Part shown: in pieces, positions 1 to 6,996 of the stretch
How positions within the stretch are numbered: position 1 is the stretch's first letter
Layout: each line of letters opens with the position of its first letter
Assembly: GCF_006345805.1 (NCBI RefSeq)
Contig: NW_021828018.1
Span: forward strand, 1 to 9,526
Direction of reading: 5' to 3'
Length of the DNA stretch: 9,526 nucleotides
DNA from: Octopus sinensis
Taxonomy: Eukaryota
Made by a program: the position numbers and the translations under genes
The notes under the pieces: model-generated
Database searches by the model: none
Seen by the model: only the letters and a program-made list of their open reading frames with translations
What the model was told of the DNA's origin: nothing

Positions 1-71
1 AGTATATAGCAAGTGTAGAATATTTCAACGGGATAGAGGTCAATGTCTATGAAATAGCATACTCAATCAAG

Positions 72-813
72 CTAGGATGCTGTCCTTCGGTTTGACAAAC
101 GAAATTTGTCTACGTGCCTGCATTTACTATTTATTTCAGAGCTGGAATTAAGTAGTCGTGGTAGAATTCTTAGATTTAAAAAGAATGTGAGATCTTTCGG
201 GTACACATAACTGGAATCTCCATGATTAATTTATATACAGAGTTGATTTCTGACGATGCCCCACTTGATTGCATGTGGAGGGAGCCAACTTTGTAGCTTT
301 ATTCTTGCCCATGTCTCGGAAAGAGAAGTGGTTTGCGTTTCTTTTATTAAAAGTGCCTTCGCATAAACACATGTAGTTTTCTTTGGATTTCCATGTATAT
401 CTGATCGAATGGGCAAGCTTCAGGCGCTCGGACAGTTACAACTAAGAGTGTACTCTTGGTGTGGCTTGCAAGTGGTAATATCCTTCATATTGGGGCAGGA
501 ACTGTATGAATTTTTTTACCAAACGTATATTAAAAATGCATTTATGGTTTTTTTGGAAATACTTATCTCATAATGCCTGGAATATTTTGCCTATCTTAGT
601 CTTAACATTCAAAGACAATATAGGAACCATATTTTTCCCACTCTATTTCTAGTTTTACTTTTATTATCAATCGAAGGAGTGGTAAGATATCTTTCCTTTG
701 AAACTGCAGTTATCTAAGGCATTATTATAGTAGGGAGCTACTTTATCAAATATTTCTTTAGTAGAGTAGAACTCAAACATTTATCGTTAGCTTTTCTCGT
801 TGATCCTATTTAT
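72..813 (-). mobile_element. Decayed Penelope-like element (Neptune type): RT thumb/linker, Cys-rich linker and GIY-YIG endonuclease, with frameshifts and stops
   Basis: Minus-strand translation across frameshifts gives, in order: KEIFDKVAPYYNNALDNCSFKGKISY (APYYNNAL at 738-715); KTRNRVGKIWF; SLNVKTKIGKIFQAL*DKYFQKNHK (615-580); SYSSCPNMKDI; CNC/RAPEACPF (CNC 440-432, CPF 415-407); ENYMCLCEGTFNKRNANHFSFRD (from 375); IKWGIV; QLCVPERSHILF; LLNSSSEINSKCRHVDKFRLSN (KCRHVDKF 125-102); stop at 74-72. The order and motifs match the C-terminal half of Neptune-clade PLE proteins as I recall them. No database search was run. Confidence 0.85.
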
Positions 814-828
814 AAATGAGTATGTCAG

Positions 829-831
829 CTA

Positions 832-892
<61 letters not shown>

Positions 893-938
893 GTCTATCT
901 GTCTATCTGTCTATCTATCTATCTATCTATCTATCTAG

Positions 939-980
<42 letters not shown>

Positions 981-1145
981 CTATCTATCAGTTTGTTTGT
1001 TTTATCTATCTATCTATCTCTCTCTCTATCTATCTATATCTATCTATCTATCATCTATCTATCTATCTTATCTATCTATCTATCTATCTATCTATCTGTC
1101 TGTCTGTCGTCTGTCCTGTCTGTCTGTCTGTCGTCTATCTATCTA
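829..1145. repeat. (TATC)n/(GATA)n microsatellite grading into (TGTC)n
   Basis: Directly visible tetranucleotide array with interruptions. Confidence 0.97.
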
Positions 1146-1461
1146 CTAATATATTTTTTATATACTAGTATACAAATAATATATATATCTAATATTTACA
1201 TATATATATATATATAAACACATATATTAATATACACATATATATACATACATTATAATATAGATGTATTATACATACTTATATGCTTATACATACACAT
1301 GTATACATACATATATATATATATATATATACCTATACATATATATATATATTTACATATATATACATACATATATTATATATATGTATATAAACATACT
1401 TTTATGTATATATATATATGTATATAAATACACACACATACATTCACACACATACACACAA
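1146..1461. repeat. Compound (TA)n/(TACA)n/(CA)n low-complexity tract
   Basis: Directly visible. It abuts the SINE fragment at 1462. Confidence 0.9.
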
Positions 1462-1581
1462 GACGATTCACAAGGTCGGTCTGGAGCTATAATAGAAGTG
1501 CCACGCAGTGGAACTGAACACGGAACTGAGACCATTTGATTAGGGAACCAACCGTCTTACGACACTGCCATGCCTGCGCCT
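1462..1581 (-). mobile_element. Degraded 5' (tRNA-like head) fragment of the tRNA-derived SINE
   Basis: CACAAGGTCGGTCTGGAGCTATAATAGAAG...TGCCACGCAGTGGAACTGAAC...ACACTGCCATGCCTGCGCCT aligns, with internal deletions, to the copy at 4008-4126 (CACAAGGCTTTGATCGGCCCGAGGCTATAGTAGAAG...ACCACGCAGTGGGACTGAAC...ACACAGCCACTCCT). Confidence 0.75.
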
Positions 1582-1586
1582 GTAAT

Positions 1587-1628
1587 ATGAATGAATGAAT
1601 GAATGTATGAATAAATAAATAAAAAAAA
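1587..1628. repeat. (ATGA)n - (AATA)n - poly(A) short compound repeat
   Basis: Directly visible. Confidence 0.8.
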
Positions 1629-1732
1629 TAATATAATAATTATTAAAAAAATGATACATTATGTTGAATTTTCACTATAGAATATTCATGAACAAAGCTT
1701 TACATGAAATTACACATGACAGATATATTTCT

Positions 1733-1738
<6 letters not shown>

Positions 1739-1784
<46 letters not shown>
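1739..1784. repeat. Pure (TA)n microsatellite
   Basis: Directly visible. Confidence 0.97.
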
Positions 1785-1789
<5 letters not shown>

Positions 1790-1790
<1 letters not shown>

Positions 1791-2700
1791 TCATTCATAC
1801 ATATATACATGCATACATATGTAAGTACGTTCGTACATACATGTATGCATAAATCTATACATACATGCATACTTACATACATATATAAATATATACATAT
1901 ATAAATACATGCATACATATGTACATGCATGCATACATACACATATACATACATGCATGCATACATACACACATATACATACATACATAAATACAAACAT
2001 ACATACGTGCATACACACATACATATATGCATACATACTTACATGTATACATACATGCATAGCATACATGCATACATATGTACATACATATCTACATACA
2101 TGCATGCATACATACACATATACATACATGCAAACATACAAGTATACATACGTACATGCATACATGTATGCTTACATAATATATACATGAATACATACAT
2201 ATATACATACATGCATGTATATGTAAATACATGCATACATACATACATACATACATACATACATACATACATACATACACATATACATACATGCATATAT
2301 ACATACATACATGCATACATAAATACAAACATACATACGTGCATACACACATACATAAATACATACATACTTACATGTATACATACATACATGCATACAT
2401 ACATAGATACATACATACATAGGTACATATATGCATGCATACATAGAATTATGCATACATACATGCATACATATATACATACATGCATACATACATAAAT
2501 GCATACATACATACATATATGCATACATACATTCATACATGCATGCTTACATAAATACATACATACATACATACATACATACATACATACATACAAACAT
2601 ACATACATACATACATACATACATACATGCTTACGTATATACATATATGCATACACGCACATACATACTCAATCCAACATATTCATACACGCACACACTC
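1790..2700. repeat. Long degenerate (CATA)n/(CATG)n array
   Basis: About 900 bp of CATA units with variants. It produces the spurious His/Thr/Tyr/Ile and Met/Tyr/Val/Cys ORFs. Confidence 0.95.
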
Positions 2701-2895
2701 ACCTGAGGTTGATGTCTATTTGCAAAATCTTCCAGCAACTTTGAATCACATCTCAGAAAAGTTCAAAAATAATCGCAGTCGCTGTGGTTATGTAAATTCT
2801 AGGGTTATGGTTTATACACGAAGAGATTCAAAATTGTCAAAAGTGTTTGCGTGACACGCAGAAGCAGCCAATTGTAGGTAATTATTGCTCCGTCC

Positions 2896-2897
<2 letters not shown>

Positions 2898-2937
<40 letters not shown>

Positions 2938-3310
2938 TTAACATATATATATTTATGTAAGTATGAATGTATGTATGTATGCAAACACGTATATATGTAT
3001 GTGTGTGTATATATATATATGATATATATATATACGAACATATATTATATTTATATGGAAATATGTATAAATGTGTATATATGTATGTATATCTATATAT
3101 AAGTGTTCATCTCTATCTATCAGTCTATCAATATATGCATGCATATTATTTATCAAGGTGTCTACCTATGTATCTATTATATTAAACTACACACACAACA
3201 CACATATAAAACATTTCTATATACATCATACTTACTCATACTTGCATAACACACACACGCACACATGCACAAGCATACACACATACACACGAACACACAT
3301 ACATACATAA
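2898..3310. repeat. Compound (TA)n/(TATG)n/(CA)n low-complexity tract
   Basis: Directly visible. Confidence 0.9.
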
Positions 3311-3575
3311 ATGTAAAATAACACAAATAAAACGATAGTATAACAGATAATTGTACAACGAACGAGGTTACGCCGGGTAGACAAAAATTCGAAAGCTGGT
3401 GCCCAAAGTGAAAATGGACTCAAAAACGTAACGTTGTGCGCAGTGGATCGTACGTCGCAAAATCAGAGAAGGAAAAGAAGCAGATTGACGTTTCGGGTGA
3501 ACCTTTTGTCAAAGTAATGTAAGAAAGAAATACGCAAGAAAAAAGAACCAACGAAGGAAAAGATTCTCATTTATT
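3311..3575 (-). mobile_element. Short non-coding element with a decayed hammerhead core, homologous to 6681-6880 (probable Penelope pLTR-derived element)
   Basis: Blocks shared with the 6681-6880 element, in the same order: CCTTCGTTGGTTCTTT vs CCTTCCTTGGATCTTT (14/16); the hammerhead-like core; AATCTGCTTCTTTTCCTTC vs AATCCTCCTTATTTCCTTC (14/19); CCTCGTTCGTTGT vs CCTCGCGTTGT; then a T-rich end running into a TA-rich microsatellite. Boundaries are approximate. Confidence 0.55.
3484..3515 (-). ncRNA. Decayed minimal hammerhead ribozyme core
   Basis: The minus strand reads ACT-TTGACAA-A-AGGTTCACCC-GAAA-C-GTC-AAT. CUGANGA is mutated at two positions (UUGACAA), stem II is a remnant (GG-TTCA-CC), and GAAAC-GUC is intact. 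Probably inactive. Confidence 0.5.
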
Positions 3576-3639
3576 CCTTCACCCCATCTTCATATCGGTG
3601 TTCAGTTCAATGTTGGTTTTGCATATCACTGTCTTGGAG

Positions 3640-3750
3640 TGTCCACAACGATGCTTTTCCGAAGATTTCTTCGTTTCTGATATGACCTTTCCATGAAATC
3701 CTCAGTATTTTCTTCGACATTCAAACCATTGATTATATTTTCGTATTTTC
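3640..3750 (-). mobile_element. Short LINE fragment (RTE-like post-RT domain)
   Basis: The minus strand translates KKILRISWKGHIRNEEIFGKA (core 3708-3664). This resembles the LRRILRISWxDxVxNEEV motif that follows the RT in RTE/L2-type LINEs. The match is short and the clade is uncertain. Confidence 0.5.
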
Positions 3751-3756
3751 TACGTA

Positions 3757-4126
3757 TGCGGCCATGCTGGAGCACCGCCATTAGTCGAGCAAATCGACCC
3801 CAGGACTTATTCTTTCTAAGCCTAGTACTTATTATATCGCTCTCTTTTGCCGAACCACTAAGTTACGGGGACGTAAACACACCACCATCGGTTGTCAAGC
3901 GATGTTGGGAGACAAGCACAAACACAAAAATACACACACACACTCACACACATATATAAATATATACATATTTACGACGGGCTTCTTTCCTTCTACCAAA
4001 TCCACTCACAAGGCTTTGATCGGCCCGAGGCTATAGTAGAAGACACTTGCCCAAGGTACCACGCAGTGGGACTGAACTCGGAACCATGTGGTTGGTAAGC
4101 AAGCTACATACCACACAGCCACTCCT
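3757..4126 (-). mobile_element. Near full-length tRNA-derived SINE (octopus-type), 3' tail missing
   Basis: On the minus strand: A-box-like TGGCTGTGTGG (4121-4111), B-box-like GAGTTCAGTCC (4079-4069), a central domain, an internal (TA)/(TG) tract at about 3930-3972, and a 3' domain ending GGCGGTGCTCCAGCATGGCCGCA. It aligns closely with 9297-9526 and with 6258-6317. Confidence 0.93.
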
Positions 4127-4242
4127 TGTATATTGAAACACATAAGAGGCATCCATCATAGGACTCCTTGCACGATAGACAGAACAGTTAAATTCCAAAC
4201 CAATATTAGGGATAAAACTTTGAAGGGAATGAAAAATAAATA

Positions 4243-4317
4243 TTTACCATCTAAATCTGTGGTTTCAGACTTTTTTTAGCAAATAAAATAATTTGCTAGG
4301 CAAAGACTTCTTCAGAA
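4243..4317 (-). ncRNA. Type I hammerhead ribozyme-like motif with long stem II
   Basis: On the minus strand: CUGAAGA (4315-4309); an 18-nt arm (4308-4291), 6-nt loop and 18-nt arm (4284-4267) pairing 14/18 in register, including 8 consecutive pairs next to the loop; GAAA (4266-4263); stem III ACCA/UGGU with a 10-nt loop; cleavage triplet GUA (A17 = 4245). Stem I has only 2 clean pairs (UU/AA). Confidence 0.65.
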
Positions 4318-4496
4318 GTTAATCCTAAGCTTAAACATATATACACGAGGCAATCCACTATATGCTCCGTGCTTATGTGTTTAAATGTACACTGTATTTA
4401 TATGAATACTATATAGTCTATTGACTAAATTTTTACACGCTAGGCCACTGGTAGTAGAAATTTTTAATATTTCTTATTACCCTTGGTATTATTAAT

Positions 4497-4499
4497 TAT

Positions 4500-4535
<36 letters not shown>

Positions 4536-4547
4536 TAATCTATCTAG

Positions 4548-4581
<34 letters not shown>

Positions 4582-4610
4582 GTCTATCTATCTATCTATC
4601 TATCTATCTA
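4497..4610. repeat. (TATC)n/(GATA)n microsatellite
   Basis: Directly visible. Short (TA)/(CA) runs follow to about 4656. Confidence 0.97.
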
Positions 4611-4928
4611 ATATATATACATACACACTCACTCACAACACACACACACATATATACTGAATATGGGGGCTTAGTTCATAGGTGATCTAAACGACTAGAT
4701 ACGCTAGGTAAGTGCTATAACGATTATTAGGGCTCCCTCCAAGAATATAGCCGAGACGATAGTTATGGAGCCATTACAGATTTCCCATATAGCGGATATA
4801 TAATTGCTAAAGAGGACAATAAATGTTGGGGCAAGGCAAGCATCTCAAGTCATAGACATTATTATTATTGGAAAAAAATATTTTTGCAAAAATGTTTTTC
4901 CAATAATTATAATGGGCACACGAGAGCT

Positions 4929-5290
4929 TCCCTCCCCTCTACCTCTCCCATTCTCTCTCTCTCACTACTCCCCTCCTCCCTCTCCCTCTCCCACTCCTCC
5001 CTCTCCCTCTCCCACTCCTCCCTCTCCCACTCCTCCATCTCCCCTCCTCCCTCTCCCATCCTCTCCTTATCCTTCTTTCTCAGACATACCCCTCTCTCCC
5101 CATCTCTCTATGTTTTCCTACCTACCTACCTACCTACCAACCTACCTACCTACCTACCTAATGCATGTCAGTTTGTCTGTCTGTCTGTCTTTCTTTCTTT
5201 CTGTCTCTCCTTCTCTCTCTTTTTGTCGCCCTCCTTCTCCTCCTTTCCCTCCTTCTCCTCCTTTCCCTCCTTTCCCCTCTCTCGTTACCC
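4929..5290. repeat. Polypyrimidine compound repeat: (CT)-rich 21-bp units, (CCTA)n, (TGTC)n, CTCCTTCTCCTCCTTTCC units
   Basis: CCTCTCCCTCTCCCACTCCTC occurs twice (4979-5020) plus a partial copy. (CCTA)n lies at about 5118-5160. Confidence 0.92.
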
Positions 5291-5888
5291 TGTTTGCTTC
5301 CCTGTGAATGGCAGCCATTATACAGAACCTCCACACGAAACGAAAGACATTTAAAAGCCATAATCCACTAACGAAAAGAGAATACTGATAAAAGATCATC
5401 AAATGCTCACACAGAATCAGTCCAGACCTTATCAAATCAGTGGAATTCACTTTCTAATCAGATGATACGATTCTTATCATTTTGTCTGAAATTATCTTTA
5501 TGGACAGAAGTGACAAATTCTGCAAGATGCAGGATAGTAAAAATAAATGGTCGAAGTTTCTCTACATAGGAAGTAGGACAACAACAAAAAGAAAGAAAAA
5601 AAAAATGGCTATTTAAATGGTAATTCAACGTGTTTAGGCGGTTAGTAATTACAACGAGAAGACGATTTGAGAGACGAGTGAGAAATTATCTGACAGAACA
5701 AATATTTATGCGATAATTTCACTCGGTGATTAAACTGAAATACAATCTGGAAAAGGAGAGAAGTTAGCCTCCACTTGTGATCGTTTAAAATATTTTTGCT
5801 TCAGCCGCACGATAATATACATTTTATATTCCTGATTTCGCTAGTTTAGATAAATACGTCTGTCACGAGCAATACAAGAGAATTGATT

Positions 5889-5915
5889 GATGTCTCGAGC
5901 GAAGTTCTTCCTCTA
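5889..5915 (-). ncRNA. Possible heavily decayed copy of the minimal hammerhead core
   Basis: The minus strand TAGAGGAAGAACTTCGCTCGAGACATC matches the 6750-6776 core CTGACGAAGAGCTCCGCTCGAAACGTT at about 19/27 positions, ungapped. The catalytic nucleotides are mutated and the flanks are not clearly homologous. Confidence 0.3.
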
Positions 5916-6089
5916 AGATTTAACTGACGTTAACAATCACTAGTTCTCTGTAACTGGTTTCCTGATTGATAGCTTTTCTTCTTTGGAACAGCCACCAGAC
6001 TCACGTCAGAGGTGTCAGAATACAGGTTGTTGGTTGGTTGAAATAATTGTTTGTAATTTAGGCACCAGGCCAATAACATTTGCAGCGTA

Positions 6090-6200
6090 TATCTTTTATC
6101 GTTTACCATTTGCTTGTATCTGTCACTGCATTGAAGGTCATCGACCGGAAGGTTCGTTTTAGTCGAACAAATCGGCTCCTGTACTATCGTTTTTTTACCC
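6090..6200 (-). mobile_element. Old, diverged SINE 3'-end fragment
   Basis: TTTTAGTCGAACAAATCGGCTCCTGTACTAT resembles TAGTCGAGCAAATCGACCCCAGGACTTAT in the other copies, and it is preceded by a TCTTTTATCGTTTA tail-like sequence. Confidence 0.4.
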
Positions 6201-6217
6201 TCTACTATTTATTCTAT

Positions 6218-6317
6218 CTCTTTACTCTTTACTCTTTTACTTGCTTCAGTCATTTGACTGCGGCCATGCTGGAGCACCGCATATAGTCGAGCAAATCGAC
6301 CCCAGGACTTATTCTTT
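6218..6317 (-). mobile_element. SINE 3'-end fragment with intact (GAGTAAA)n tail
   Basis: TGCGGCCATGCTGGAGCACCGC..TAGTCGAGCAAATCGACCCCAGGACTTATTCTTT is nearly identical to 3757-3814. It continues with the tail CTCTTTACTCTTTACTCTTTTACTTGCTTCAGTCATTTGAC on the plus strand. Confidence 0.9.
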
Positions 6318-6470
6318 TGATGATCCTGATAAGAGATTATCTTTTAATGTTGACATAATTTCCTCTCTGTAAAAACTCCAAACTCTTCCCTCTCGTGGAT
6401 GAATTCTTCTTTGGTTTGGATTAGGTGGTTAGGAACAATGACGTTAAATGCCTTTTCAGAGTCTTCACAT

Positions 6471-6645
6471 AGGCGTAGATATGGCTTTGTGGTTTTAAAG
6501 CTCGCTTTGCAGCCATGTTGTTTTGTGTTTAGTCCCACTTTGCGACACTTTGGGATTGTGCTTGCTATTATACACACGGATTGACTGATACTTTGTGATT
6601 GAATCCGGCAGATAGAAACCGAATGGAAGTCCGTCGTATATATAC
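6471..6645 (+). mobile_element. Older SINE copy, 5' head plus central domain
   Basis: AGGCGTAGATATGGCTTTGTGG (A-box-like, 6482-6492) ... TTTAGTCCCACT ... CACTTTGGG ... CTTTGTGATTGAAT ... GAAACCGAATGGAAGTCCGTCGTATATA is colinear with 9297-9455. Confidence 0.7.
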
Positions 6646-6680
6646 ATGTACCTCACACACACACACTCTCTCTCTCTCTC

Positions 6681-6880
6681 CGCGTATGTACCGTTGGCGA
6701 ATATTTTCCTCCGACTTCCCTTCCTTGGATCTTTCCTTTTCCTATGTTTCTGACGAAGAGCTCCGCTCGAAACGTTAAATCCTCCTTATTTCCTTCCTTT
6801 CCTGAGCGTCCAATAACACCACTTGTTCCACGTCCTCGCGTTGTTGTGTTTTCTCTTTGTGTTTTCATGTTTGGATTAAC
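6681..6880 (+). mobile_element. About 200-bp non-coding element carrying a minimal hammerhead ribozyme (probable Penelope pLTR-derived, non-autonomous)
   Basis: It is bounded by (CA)n(CT)n on the left and (TA)n on the right, contains the hammerhead core at 6746-6780, and has a homologous copy at 3311-3575. The PLE origin is inferred from the known presence of minimal hammerheads in PLE pLTRs. Confidence 0.65.
6746..6780 (+). ncRNA. Minimal type I hammerhead ribozyme
   Basis: GTTT (stem I 5' arm, 6746-6749) - CTGACGA (6750-6756) - extra A - GAGC/TCC/GCTC (stem II, 4 bp) - GAAA (6769-6772) - C-G-T-T (loop-less palindromic stem III within AACGTT; cleavage triplet GUU, U17 = 6776) - AAAT (stem I 3' arm, 3 WC + 1 GU). 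Confidence 0.8.
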
Positions 6881-6950
6881 TATATATATATATATATATA
6901 TATATCTATATATATATATATTATATATATATATATATATATGCATATAT
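6881..6950. repeat. (TA)n microsatellite
   Basis: Directly visible. Confidence 0.97.
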
Positions 6951-6996
6951 AAACAGATATAGATAGGTAGATTCATAGAAAGACAGATATACATAT

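Noticed and set aside
250-256. CTGACGA hammerhead-like heptamer
   Set aside because: It is antisense within the PLE coding remnant, and no stem II plus GAAA follows.
2703-2890. Possible minus-strand exon ending in CAG/GTGAGT at 2703
   Set aside because: The donor overlaps the edge of a CA repeat, there is no convincing acceptor, the open frame is short and the peptide is not recognisable. RNA-seq would be needed.
800-3423. Many ORFs rich in YLSI, HTYI or MYVC
   Set aside because: They are translations of (TATC)n, (CATA)n and (TA)n arrays, which lack stop codons in some frames.
3693-4279. ORFs 3693-3959, 3892-4098 and 4088-4279
   Set aside because: They overlap the SINE in antisense and show no protein-family motif.
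4681-4713. Strong plus-strand donor AG/GTAAGT at 4708
   Set aside because: The candidate 26-nt exon upstream has stops in all three frames and no good polypyrimidine tract.
4804-5450. Pro/Ser-rich and Arg/Glu-rich ORFs
   Set aside because: They are translations of the CT-rich compound repeat.
6344-6577. 77-aa minus ORF with an RT-like D..KAF motif and QHG
   Set aside because: Half of the ORF is the antisense of the SINE at 6471-6645, and the motif spacing does not fit an RT domain.
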